Source of the DNA: an uncultured Solirubrobacteraceae bacterium
Lineage (GTDB): Bacteria; Actinomycetota; Thermoleophilia; Solirubrobacterales; Solirubrobacteraceae
DNA length: 64,000 bases
NCBI GenBank assembly: GCA_964588985.1
Contig: CAZPQW010000007.1
Location: 44,219-108,218 of the forward strand
Direction of reading: 5' to 3'
This document shows positions 9,666 through 18,493 of the stretch, piece after piece. Within the stretch, counting starts at the first letter, position 1; the number at the start of each line of letters is the position of its first letter. The notes under the pieces were generated by a model that ran no database searches, was not told where the DNA came from, and saw only the letters and a list, made by a program, of their open reading frames with translations. The position numbers and the translations under genes are program-made.

Positions 9666-10796
9666 ATGCACGCCGATGCCCAGCGGATCGAGCCGTCGCT
9701 CGTGCAGATCGCGCAGGAGTGGGGACGGATCGGCTGCATCGGCTTCGGCGGGCCGCCCGCGCACATCGTGCTGCTGCGCGAGCTGTGTGTCACGCGGCGC
9801 GCGTGGCTCAGCGACGTGCAGTTCGAGCGCGCGGTCGCCGCCACCAACATCCTCCCCGGCCCCGCCTCCACGCAGCTGGCGATCTACTGCGCGTGGCGTC
9901 TGCGGGGCGTTCGCGGCGCGCTGCTAGGGGGAGCTGGCTTCATCCTCCCCGGACTGATCGCGATCATCGCGCTGTCGGTGCTCTTCCTCTCGGGCTCTCC
10001 GCCGGCGTGGCTGCGCGGCGCGGGCATGGGCGCGGGCGCGGCGGTCGCCGCGGTGGCTGTGCGCGCCGGCCTGGGCGTCGCCGGCCCGATCTGGAGATCG
10101 GCGAGCGGCGAGCGGCGCGTGGGCGTGCTCGCCTACGGGCTCGCCGGCGCCGTCGCATCGGCGCTCGCGGGACCGCTGCTGGTGCTCGTGCTGATCGCAT
10201 GCGGGGCGGTCGAGCTGACGCGCGAGCGGCTCGTCGCTCGAACCCCTACGGCACACGCCTCGCTGCTGCCGGCGCTCGTGTGGACCGCGCTGAAGGTCGG
10301 CGCGCTCGCGTTCGGAGGCGGCTTCGTGATTGTGCCGCTGATGCAGTCCGACGCCGTCGGCACCTACCACTGGATGAGCCACGGCCAGTTCCTCAACGCC
10401 GTCGCGCTCGGGCAGGTCACACCCGGCCCGCTCACACAGACGGTCGCCGTGGTGGGCTACGCCGCGGCGGGCCTGCCGGGCGCGCTGCTGGCGGCGGCGG
10501 TCGCGTTCGCGCCCTCCTTCTCCTTCGTCCTGCTCGGCGCCGCGCGCTTCGAGCGGATGCTCGTCGATGAGCGCGTGCGGGGCTTCCTCGCCGGTGCCGC
10601 GCCGGCCGCCGCCGGGGCGATCGTGGGAGCCGCGGTACCGCTCGCCTCCGCGCTCAGCCAGACGTGGCAGTACCCGCTGTTGGCAGCGGCTGCCGTCGCG
10701 CTGCTCGTGCTGCGCCGGAGCGTCGTCCCCACGCTGCTGCTCGCCGGCTGTGTCGGCGTGGTGGCCGCGCTCGTCGGCGCGCCGATCCCGCACTGA
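9666..10796 (+). CDS. chrA: Chromate efflux transporter (two-domain CHR)
   Basis: Two repeats of GFGG/FGGG and PGP motifs (LPGPASTQ, VTPGP). Confidence 0.9.
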   Translation: MHADAQRIEPSLVQIAQEWGRIGCIGFGGPPAHIVLLRELCVTRRAWLSDVQFERAVAATNILPGPASTQLAIYCAWRLRGVRGALLGGAGFILPGLIAIIALSVLFLSGSPPAWLRGAGMGAGAAVAAVAVRAGLGVAGPIWRSASGERRVGVLAYGLAGAVASALAGPLLVLVLIACGAVELTRERLVARTPTAHASLLPALVWTALKVGALAFGGGFVIVPLMQSDAVGTYHWMSHGQFLNAVALGQVTPGPLTQTVAVVGYAAAGLPGALLAAAVAFAPSFSFVLLGAARFERMLVDERVRGFLAGAAPAAAGAIVGAAVPLASALSQTWQYPLLAAAAVALLVLRRSVVPTLLLAGCVGVVAALVGAPIPH

Positions 10797-10837
10797 GCAC
10801 CGCGCCACACGGCGCAGTCGGGAACACCCGCGCGGAT

Positions 10838-10876
10838 CTTCACCGTCGCTTCACACGATCGTTGCTGCTTGGTCAC
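10838..10876 (+). promoter_or_regulatory. PHO-box-like direct repeats upstream of the PHP-GT fusion
   Basis: CTTCAC (TCAC at 10840), CTTCAC (10851) and GGTCAC (10873), spaced 11 and 22 nt. Confidence 0.5.
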
Positions 10877-10910
10877 AAAAAACCGCCCTTTGCAGGGAAT
10901 TCTGACTGAT

Positions 10911-13310
10911 ATGAACGGACGAGGAACGACAACGCAAACGCAGCAACCAACGACACGCGTGGACATGCACTGCCACTCCACCGCGTCACAGGAGTCACGG
11001 CTCGGTGTGCAGCGCGCCGTCGGACTGCCAGAGTGCGCGACGCCTCCGCTGGAGGTCTACGAGCTGGCCAAGCGCCGAGGCATGGATTTCGTGACCATCA
11101 CCGACCACGACACGATCGCAGGAGTCCTCGAGATCGCCGACCGTCCCGACGTGTTCGTCTCGGTCGAGCTGACCGCGCACTTCCGCGGCGAGCCTCAGGC
11201 GGTTCACGTGCTCTGCTACGGCATCACGCCGGAGGATCACGAGTGGCTGCAGGCGCACCGCGGCGACGTGGAGCTGTGCGCGGCGTACATGCACGAGCGC
11301 GAGATCGCGTGCGCGCTCGCCCACCCCTACTACACGGTCGCAGCGCCGCTGAGCGCCCGCCACCGCCGCCGCCTGGCGGAGCTGTTCGGCGTGTGGGAGA
11401 TCCGCAACGGCGCTCGCGCGCGCGAGCTCAACCGACCCGCGGCGACGTACGTGGCCACGCGCGACGGCGTCGGCATCGGCGGCAGCGACGACCACGCGGG
11501 CGTGGACATCGGGCGCACGTACACCGAAGCGCCAGCGGCGAGCACGCCCGAGGAGTTCCTCGCGCACATGCGCGCGGGAGATGTGGTCGCGCGCGGCGCG
11601 CAGGGCAGCGCGGCCAAGTGGGCGCACGCGGCGATCGCGCTCGCGGCCCGCTCGCTCGAGCAGGGCCCGAACGCGGAGGTGAGCACCGGGCGCCCGGATC
11701 CGCAGCGGGTGATGACGATGCTGCACCGGCTGCTGAGGGAGGGCGACCTGCGCGAGAGCTCCAACACGGCCGGCGGGGCGGTCTCGCCCGAGGACGCGCG
11801 CTGCCTGCTGCGCGCGTGGCTCGCGGCGGTGGAGCTCGACCACCTCGACGCCGCCGGTCTGATCGCGCTGATGCAGGAGGAGTCCTTCAGCCACTCGGGG
11901 CTCTACCGGCGTGCGTGCCGTCTACACGAGCGCAAGCTGCGCGCCGCGGTGGACGTCGCGGTGAGCGCGGCGACCGGGGAGGCGGACGTGATGAGCGCCG
12001 CGGAGGGCCTGTTCGAGGCGTGCATCGCCGCGATCCCCTACGCGCCCGCCACCGCGTTCCTCGCGGGCGAGCAGGCGAAGCTCGCCGCGATCCCCTACTC
12101 CGGCCCACAGCGCATCGGCGCGGGCCCAAGCGTCGGGGCGCAGCGCCGCGAGGACGGCGAGACGCCGCGGGTGGCGATCCTCGCGGACGGCATCGGCTCG
12201 ACGCACGGCGTCACTCGCACGATCGAGGAGATCCGCCAGCGCGGAGTGCCGGGCTTCGAGATCGAGGTCGTCGGCACCGACCCGGAGGTCGACCGGCGCC
12301 TGTCCGCGGTGGCGGAGATCGACGTCCCCTTCTACCCGGGGCTGCGGATCGGCGTCCCGAGCCTGCCCGGTGCGGTGCAGACGCTCGCGGACGGCTGCTT
12401 CGACGCGATCCACGTGTGCTCGCCCGGACCGGCGGGAGTGGCGGGCGCGCTCGTAGCCCGCGCGCTCGGACTGCCACTTGTCGGCAGCTACCACACGGAG
12501 CTCACCGCGTACGCGGGCCTGCGCTCCGGGGAGCGTCGCGTGGCGGATGCGATGGCGATGGCGGTCGCGGCGTTCTACGGCGCGTGCGACGTGGTCCTCT
12601 CCCCCAGCGCCGCCGCCGACGCCGCACTCGCGTCGATCGGGATGGCTCCCGAGCGGGTGCTGCGCTGGGACCGCGGCGTGGACACTTCGCGCTTCCGCCC
12701 CGCCCTGCGCGACTCGGCGCTGCGTAGGGACACCGAGGAGATCACGGTGATGTACTCGGGCCGGATCACGCGCGAGAAGGGCATCGACCTGCTCGCCGAC
12801 GCGTTCCTGCTCGCCCGCGCGTGCGACCCGCGGCTGCGCCTGCAGCTGGCCGGCGGCGGACCCGAGGAGGAGCGTGTGCGCGAGCGCCTCGGCGAGAGCG
12901 CGCGCTTCCTCGGCTGGCTGGAGGGCGATGAGCTCGCGCAGGCGTACGCGGGCGCGGACATCTTCCTGTTCACGAGCTCCACCGACACGTTCGGCCAGGT
13001 GATCCTCGAGGCGCAGGCGAGCGGGCTGCCGGTGATCGCGGTCGCCGAGGGCGGTCCGCTGTCGCTCATCGATCACCGTACGAGCGGGCTGCTGTGCCGC
13101 CCCGACGCGGCGCGTCTCGCGGCCACGCTGCTCGAGCTGGCCGACTCGCCGCTGCTGCGCGAGCACCTCTCCCGCGGCGCGCTTCGCGCGGTGGCGCAGC
13201 GCACGTGGGAGCGCACGCTCGAGCGCCTCGCGGACGGCTACCAGCACGTGCTCGGCGGATCGGGATCCCAGCAATCTCCAGGCGCCGAGCTGCGCGAGCG
13301 CGCGGCGTAG
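10911..13310 (+). CDS. PHP-domain phosphoesterase fused to a GT4 glycosyltransferase (MgtA/Agt-like)
   Basis: N-terminal DMHCHS, TDHD, AHP and GGSDDH (PHP). C-terminal GSYHT, RGVD...F.P..RD, GR..EK and DTFGQV.LEA.ASG (GT4). Confidence 0.88.
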   Translation: MNGRGTTTQTQQPTTRVDMHCHSTASQESRLGVQRAVGLPECATPPLEVYELAKRRGMDFVTITDHDTIAGVLEIADRPDVFVSVELTAHFRGEPQAVHVLCYGITPEDHEWLQAHRGDVELCAAYMHEREIACALAHPYYTVAAPLSARHRRRLAELFGVWEIRNGARARELNRPAATYVATRDGVGIGGSDDHAGVDIGRTYTEAPAASTPEEFLAHMRAGDVVARGAQGSAAKWAHAAIALAARSLEQGPNAEVSTGRPDPQRVMTMLHRLLREGDLRESSNTAGGAVSPEDARCLLRAWLAAVELDHLDAAGLIALMQEESFSHSGLYRRACRLHERKLRAAVDVAVSAATGEADVMSAAEGLFEACIAAIPYAPATAFLAGEQAKLAAIPYSGPQRIGAGPSVGAQRREDGETPRVAILADGIGSTHGVTRTIEEIRQRGVPGFEIEVVGTDPEVDRRLSAVAEIDVPFYPGLRIGVPSLPGAVQTLADGCFDAIHVCSPGPAGVAGALVARALGLPLVGSYHTELTAYAGLRSGERRVADAMAMAVAAFYGACDVVLSPSAAADAALASIGMAPERVLRWDRGVDTSRFRPALRDSALRRDTEEITVMYSGRITREKGIDLLADAFLLARACDPRLRLQLAGGGPEEERVRERLGESARFLGWLEGDELAQAYAGADIFLFTSSTDTFGQVILEAQASGLPVIAVAEGGPLSLIDHRTSGLLCRPDAARLAATLLELADSPLLREHLSRGALRAVAQRTWERTLERLADGYQHVLGGSGSQQSPGAELRERAA

Positions 13311-13315
13311 AGATC

Positions 13316-14089
13316 GTGCCCGCGCGCTGCCCCACCGACTCCGGGCGAACGATCGCGGTCGCGCTGCACGGGATCGAGCCGGCCACGTACGAACGCTGCG
13401 CGGTGATCCGCGACTGGCTCGAAGACCACGGCGTGGGCCGCGTGACGCTGCTTGTGATCCCCGCACGCGATCTGCACCCGGTCGGTGAGCGCGCGCCGGA
13501 GATGGTGGACTGGTTGAGCGAGCGCCGCCGCACGGGCGACTCGATCGCCCAGCACGGCTTTCAGCACGTGCGCGCACGTCACGGGTCCTACGCGCAGCAG
13601 ATGCTCGCGCGCGCCCCAGGACATCGCAGCGGCGAGTTCGTGGGGCTCGACCTCGAGGAGACGCGGCGAGCTGTGCACGCCGGCTGGCGTGTGCTCAAGC
13701 TCGCGGGCATCGAGCCGGACGGGTTCGTCGCGCCCTCCTACGCGTACACCGCGGCGCTGCGCCACACGCTCGGACAGCGCTTCAGCTGGTGGGCGGGGCT
13801 GCTGCGCGTGCACCGCGCCCAGGACGCTCTCGCCGCGGACCCCGAGTTCATGGACCACTCCCACGTCGGCCTCGCGCCCGCATGGAGCCTCGCCTCGGGC
13901 GGACCGTTCGGTCGCCTACTCTCACCGCCGCTCCTGCGGATCGGCTCGTTGCTGCCGACGAGCACGCTGCGCCTGGACATCCACCCCGACGACCTGCGGC
14001 ACCCGCATCACATGATGGCCCTCGAGTGGGTGCTCGGGCGGGTGGGCTCGCGACGCGCGGTCACCTACCGCGAGCTCGCGGGCGTCTGA
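13316..14089 (+). CDS. DUF2334/polysaccharide deacetylase-like protein
   Basis: LH.I.P, LLVIP, HGFQH, EF, GFVAP and RLDIHP.D motifs. Confidence 0.75.
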   Translation: MPARCPTDSGRTIAVALHGIEPATYERCAVIRDWLEDHGVGRVTLLVIPARDLHPVGERAPEMVDWLSERRRTGDSIAQHGFQHVRARHGSYAQQMLARAPGHRSGEFVGLDLEETRRAVHAGWRVLKLAGIEPDGFVAPSYAYTAALRHTLGQRFSWWAGLLRVHRAQDALAADPEFMDHSHVGLAPAWSLASGGPFGRLLSPPLLRIGSLLPTSTLRLDIHPDDLRHPHHMMALEWVLGRVGSRRAVTYRELAGV

Positions 14090-14103
14090 CCCTAGAACCT
14101 AAA

Positions 14104-15489
14104 TCAGTTCTTCGCCGCGGTGAACATCGCGGGTTCGAACGACTTCACCGCGGGCAGCGCGGCGTAGCCGAGGTGCTGCAGGCCGAACAGGTCCTCGATC
14201 GTGCGCAGAAGCGAGAAATGGTTGAAGGGTTCCTGGTTGGTGGCGCCGCCTTTGACGTACGGGGAGAGCAGCAGCGCTCCCACCGTGCCGCCGCCGCGCG
14301 GCGTCAGGCTGGTGGTGGCGGGGAGGTTGGGGAACCGCGGCTGGCCGCAGCAGGAGCTCGAGTCGGTGAACGCGCCGCTCGAGGGCGCCTCGTCGACGGT
14401 TACGACGATCAGGCCGTCCTGCTTGTAGGCCTTAGACGCCGTGATCTCCGGGACGACCTTCTGCAGGAACGCGTCCGCCGGACTGAGGCCCGCGGGCGCT
14501 CCGGCCGTGCACGGAGTGGGGTTCCCGTCGTGGCAGCGGTCGGGGACGATGTAGGAGAGGCTCGGCGTGCGCTTCGCGTTTCCGAGGTCCGTCTTCAGCC
14601 GATCGAGGCCGACGTCGTCCGCGGCGCAGGACGCCGTGAGCGACTGGAAGTACACGAGCGGGTTGCGGAACGTCGCGTATGCACCGGTGCTCGCGCCTTG
14701 AGCGGACGTCGGGTCGGGCTGTCCGAGCGCAGGGTGCGCGCACGCGCCGGCCGAGGCGCCCGCTTCGTCGATCCCCTCCACATACGCTCGCCAGCTGAGG
14801 TGCTTGGCGACGAGCTGCCCGGGGAGCGTCTGTGTGGATGACGGGTACACGCAGCCGTTGCCCTGCACCTGTTCGGAGGCGCCGGCGCTCGCCGGTTCGA
14901 TCGCGGTGTACGTGGCGCAGTTGGCGGTCGTTTCGGTCGTCGGTCCCTGGCCGCTGAGCAGCGCGATCTCGTTGGCGAGCTCCTCGTGGGCGACGGCGTC
15001 GTAGCGGACCAGCAGCTCGCCCTTGTGCTCGAGCGTGTGTGCCAGGTAGTGCGCTGAGGATTCGGGTCCGAACACGGCCGCGTAGGGCTGGTCGGAGAGC
15101 GCGATCACGAACACGTGCTTGATCGCGGGGAGCTTCGTCGCCGGGGTGCCCGGCGACGGCTTGCTCGATTCTTCTTCGCCGCTCGATTTGCCGTTCGAGC
15201 TCGGCGATTTCGTGGCGGCTTTCTTCGGCGACGGCGTTTCCGCGGTGGGCGTCGGTTCGGCTTCGGATTCGGGCGGTTCGCTGGCGGATTCCGACGACGG
15301 GGTCGAGCTGGGCGTGCTCGACCCCGGTGTGGCGGCCGGGCTCACCACCTTCACGATCGGCGCGACCGACGCCGCGAGCGCGTACTCAGACTGCCTCGTC
15401 GCGCGCCCGATCAGCACGCCAAATCCCAGGAACACCAATACGAGGAACGCCGAGACCTTGGGCGATGGCAGTCTCAGCCCGAAGCTCAT
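14104..15489 (-). CDS. Membrane-anchored phosphoesterase-family (SapM/AcpA-like) protein with degenerate active site
   Basis: N-terminal TM, Ser/Pro/Glu linker, then IKHVFVI, P.LS.I.PD.CHDG, TVDE, GG.VGALL.SP and NH.SLLRTIEDLFGL motifs. Confidence 0.75.
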   Translation of the reverse strand: MSFGLRLPSPKVSAFLVLVFLGFGVLIGRATRQSEYALAASVAPIVKVVSPAATPGSSTPSSTPSSESASEPPESEAEPTPTAETPSPKKAATKSPSSNGKSSGEEESSKPSPGTPATKLPAIKHVFVIALSDQPYAAVFGPESSAHYLAHTLEHKGELLVRYDAVAHEELANEIALLSGQGPTTETTANCATYTAIEPASAGASEQVQGNGCVYPSSTQTLPGQLVAKHLSWRAYVEGIDEAGASAGACAHPALGQPDPTSAQGASTGAYATFRNPLVYFQSLTASCAADDVGLDRLKTDLGNAKRTPSLSYIVPDRCHDGNPTPCTAGAPAGLSPADAFLQKVVPEITASKAYKQDGLIVVTVDEAPSSGAFTDSSSCCGQPRFPNLPATTSLTPRGGGTVGALLLSPYVKGGATNQEPFNHFSLLRTIEDLFGLQHLGYAALPAVKSFEPAMFTAAKN

Positions 15490-15497
15490 GTGCGGCC

Positions 15498-15956
15498 CTA
15501 GTCGTCCGAGCTGTGCGCCGGCGAGGCGAGCAGCGCGTCCATGACGGCCGTCGTGTCCTCGCTCGCGACGAGCGCAGCGCTGGGGATCCGCTCCATGAGC
15601 GTCGCGCCGCACTGCCAGCAGAAGACCGCGCCGCGACTGTGGGGAGCGGCGCAGTGCGGGCAGTTGCCCGCCACACCGCCCTCCTCCATCCGCAGCAGCC
15701 GTTCCACCTCCGCCAGTTCGCCGTCGCGCTCCTGCAGCGCTGCCGCACGGCGCACCAGCACGTCGAGTCGGAAGTGGTCACGAATCGCCATCTCGTAGGC
15801 GAGTCCGCCGAGATCCCAGTGCATCTCACGAACCTGGTCGGCGAGCGTGTCGCGCCTGCGCTGCAGGTCCGAGTGCCCCGTCGGCTCGCTCACAAGCGAA
15901 GCGGGCGGGTTCGTCCTGCCGCCGTCTCTGCCGATCGCTTCGCCAAAGCTGCTCAT
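15498..15956 (-). CDS. Coiled-coil plus zinc-ribbon protein
   Basis: WDLGGL.YEM helical region followed by CPHC...FCWQCG. Confidence 0.75.
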   Translation of the reverse strand: MSSFGEAIGRDGGRTNPPASLVSEPTGHSDLQRRRDTLADQVREMHWDLGGLAYEMAIRDHFRLDVLVRRAAALQERDGELAEVERLLRMEEGGVAGNCPHCAAPHSRGAVFCWQCGATLMERIPSAALVASEDTTAVMDALLASPAHSSDD

Positions 15957-15960
15957 GGGT

Positions 15961-16821
15961 CTAACCGGTCGAGACGACGTCGGGGAGATTCTTGGATTTT
16001 TCCTCATAGCTCTTGCCTTTGGCGCCTTTCAGACCTTCGAGCACCGACGGCGGAGCGGGTTTGCTCTCGTTCGATCCGACGCCGCCGGAGGAACCGCCCG
16101 TGGAGCCTTCCGCCGAGCTGTGGTTGGACACCGAGATCACCTTCGCCCCCGGAAATCTCTTCTTCAGTCCGGCGAGCGCTTTCGTCGCTTCGGCCCGCTT
16201 GTGGTAGACGCCCGAGTAGATCGCGTAGCTGCCGGCGGTGAGGCTGCTGAATTCTTCGGTCTTCAGCGCGCCGACCGCTTTCGCGCCCTTCCCGGTGGCG
16301 GAGGTCTTGGCGGCCTGCACGGCACTGACCGTGGTTCCCGCTTCTGGGAGCGTCTGCAGCTGCACGGTGAAGCCACTGGTGGATGACGGCCAGTCTCCGG
16401 TGAACGACGCTTCGCTCGACCCGGTGCTCCCGCCCGTGCCGGTCGTGCCCGCGACCGTGACCACCTGGGGCGTGGGCGCCGCGGCGGGCTTGGTGTTGCC
16501 GGAACGTCCGATCAGGATGCCGACTCCCATCGCCAGCAGGAGAACGCCGACGCCCGCGATCACGGCCAGCGTGTTGGCGCTGTCGCGCGTCTCTCGCGGC
16601 GGCTCGGATCCGGGAGGTCGCGGCGGTGTGGCCGGAGGGGATGTCGCCGTCTCCCCGCCGGGCGCCGCGCTCGGCGCGAAGCTGCTCGTGGGAGCTCGAC
16701 GCTCGCCGCACTCCAGGCAGTAGCGCTGGTCGCTCGCCATCGGCGCGCCGCAGCTTGCGCACTGACCTGCACGCGCTGCTATCGGCATTGAGCTGGCGAT
16801 CGATTCGGTGGACAGTGCCAT
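15961..16821 (-). CDS. Zinc-ribbon, single TM, SPOR-like domain protein
   Basis: CASCG...YCLECG, a TM (LAVIAGVGVLLLAMGVGILIG), and a C-terminal FTVQL...YSG.Y...A SPOR-like pattern. Confidence 0.7.
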   Translation of the reverse strand: MALSTESIASSMPIAARAGQCASCGAPMASDQRYCLECGERRAPTSSFAPSAAPGGETATSPPATPPRPPGSEPPRETRDSANTLAVIAGVGVLLLAMGVGILIGRSGNTKPAAAPTPQVVTVAGTTGTGGSTGSSEASFTGDWPSSTSGFTVQLQTLPEAGTTVSAVQAAKTSATGKGAKAVGALKTEEFSSLTAGSYAIYSGVYHKRAEATKALAGLKKRFPGAKVISVSNHSSAEGSTGGSSGGVGSNESKPAPPSVLEGLKGAKGKSYEEKSKNLPDVVSTG

Positions 16822-16957
16822 CACCTTCGTCTTGCGATTCGAGCCGCGCGGCGCGATTGCGCACGGGTGGCTGTCAGCGACGTTGCGCTGCGGGTCCTAT
16901 GGTCGATCCCACGGCGCGCACAGGCGTGATGATTTTGTGAAGAGCCCGCTGCCGCTT

Positions 16958-17173
16958 CTACGCCGCGAGGCTGCCACTGGACAGCGATGCACCGTCGCGG
17001 CCGATGCCCATCTCGGCGCGAGCGGAAATCGCAACGGGCCCAGCCTGCTCCCACGCAGCCGATACGTCCTCGGGCTGTGCGAGGTCGCCCAAACGCGCGG
17101 CCGCGCACAGCCCGGTTGCCAGCCAGAGGACGAGCATCCAAGCGGAGACTACGAGCAGCAGGGTCATGGTCAT
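16958..17173 (-). CDS. Small single-pass membrane protein (W..L...LC.AA..GD type)
   Basis: 71 aa, hydrophobic N-terminus ending LCAAARLGD; similar to 55706..55960. Confidence 0.6.
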   Translation of the reverse strand: MTMTLLLVVSAWMLVLWLATGLCAAARLGDLAQPEDVSAAWEQAGPVAISARAEMGIGRDGASLSSGSLAA

Positions 17174-17427
17174 TGGAGGGAGCTCCGAGTTGCTGGGTGG
17201 GCGAGTTCCTCACTAAAGATATCAGGTTTATCGTTGACCACCCTCATCTGCATGGCCCAGCCCGCAAGACGCGGCCGTTCCCGGCGTGACGTACGCTTCG
17301 CGAACACCGCATCGAAACGATGTCAACCGGGTTACACAGATAAGCCCCACGAGCACGTGGCCGCGAAGTCGCGGCCTGTGAGCACTCAAAGCATGCGGGC
17401 ACAAGCGAGACAAGGAGGGACTCCGAC

Positions 17428-18477
17428 ATGAGCAGGCAGATCGGTTCACGCAGGGCCCTGGGCGCGATGCTCGTGGCAAGCATGGCGCTGATGCTCGCGC
17501 TGCCCGCCGGCTCGCAGGCCATCACGGCCAAAACGCACGTCTCCACGGGCCCGGCGACTCACCTGCGCGGCGCCACCGGCCTGCTCACCGGCCAGGTCTT
17601 TCCCCAGGGCGTCGAAACCAGCTACTACTTCCAATACGGGGTCACGACCGCGTATGGCTCGCAGACACCGACCCTCGTGGCCGGCAGCGGCACAGTCAAG
17701 GTCGCGGTGGGCCAGCCCGTCGCGGGACTGATACCGGGAACCACCTACCACTTCAGGCTGGTGGGGCTCGCTGGCGGCCTCACGATCACCGGACGCGACA
17801 AGACGTTCGTCGCCGGCGGCACAGCGAAGACGAGGCTCGTGTTCCGGCTCGCCAAGCCCGCCGCTCCTGACGTGTTCGGCAGCCCGGCGCTGATCAGCGG
17901 GACGCTGTCTGGCCTGGGCAACGCCAACCAGCCGATCGCGCTGCAGGCGAGCCCCTACCCGTACCTGGAACCGTTTGTGAACATCGGCGCTCCGGGCACC
18001 ACCAACTCGGTCGGAGCGTTCTCGTTCCGCGTCAGCAACCTCACGATCGGCACCCAGTTCCGCGTGGTCACGCTCGGGAAGCTGCCGGTATACAGCCCGG
18101 TGGTGACCGAGGAGGTGGCGCCGAAGGTGACCCTGCACGTGCGCGCAACCAAACGCCCCGGGTTCGTGCGCTTCTACGGGGTGGTCTCCCCCGCCAAGGT
18201 TGGAGCGCCGATCCTGTTCCAGCTGCAGAAGGCGACCAGGCCACACGGCGCCTTGGAAATCTCCACGAGATACGTGACGGCGTCCAGCACCGTGCTCAAG
18301 CGCGGCGGCGTCACGTTCTCGCGCTTCAGCGCGGTAGTGGAAATCCAGCACGCCGGCCGCTATCGGGCGATGATCAAGCTGAGCAAGGGCGCGCTGGTGT
18401 CCGGCGCGAGCAACGGCGTCGTGCTGCACAACACGGTCCCCACTCACAAGCGGAGCAAACGCAAGAAGAAAGGCTAG
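17428..18477 (+). CDS. Secreted protein with an FnIII-like beta domain and Lys-rich tail
   Basis: Signal peptide, TGPAT...YYFQYG.T.AYG...L.PGTTYHFRL domain, C-terminal HKRSKRKKKG. AAGGAGG RBS. Confidence 0.75.
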   Translation: MSRQIGSRRALGAMLVASMALMLALPAGSQAITAKTHVSTGPATHLRGATGLLTGQVFPQGVETSYYFQYGVTTAYGSQTPTLVAGSGTVKVAVGQPVAGLIPGTTYHFRLVGLAGGLTITGRDKTFVAGGTAKTRLVFRLAKPAAPDVFGSPALISGTLSGLGNANQPIALQASPYPYLEPFVNIGAPGTTNSVGAFSFRVSNLTIGTQFRVVTLGKLPVYSPVVTEEVAPKVTLHVRATKRPGFVRFYGVVSPAKVGAPILFQLQKATRPHGALEISTRYVTASSTVLKRGGVTFSRFSAVVEIQHAGRYRAMIKLSKGALVSGASNGVVLHNTVPTHKRSKRKKKG

Positions 18478-18493
18478 GAGCGAGGCCGACTGG

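Noticed and set aside
9666-10796. chrA as part of the sulfur system (chromate enters via sulfate uptake)
   Set aside because: It is about 8 kb from cysNC with unrelated genes between; nothing in the sequence links them.
15490-15612. Possible frameshift joining the zinc-ribbon gene and the phosphoesterase
   Set aside because: There is a separate ATG at 15489 followed by its own TM anchor; two genes is the simpler reading.
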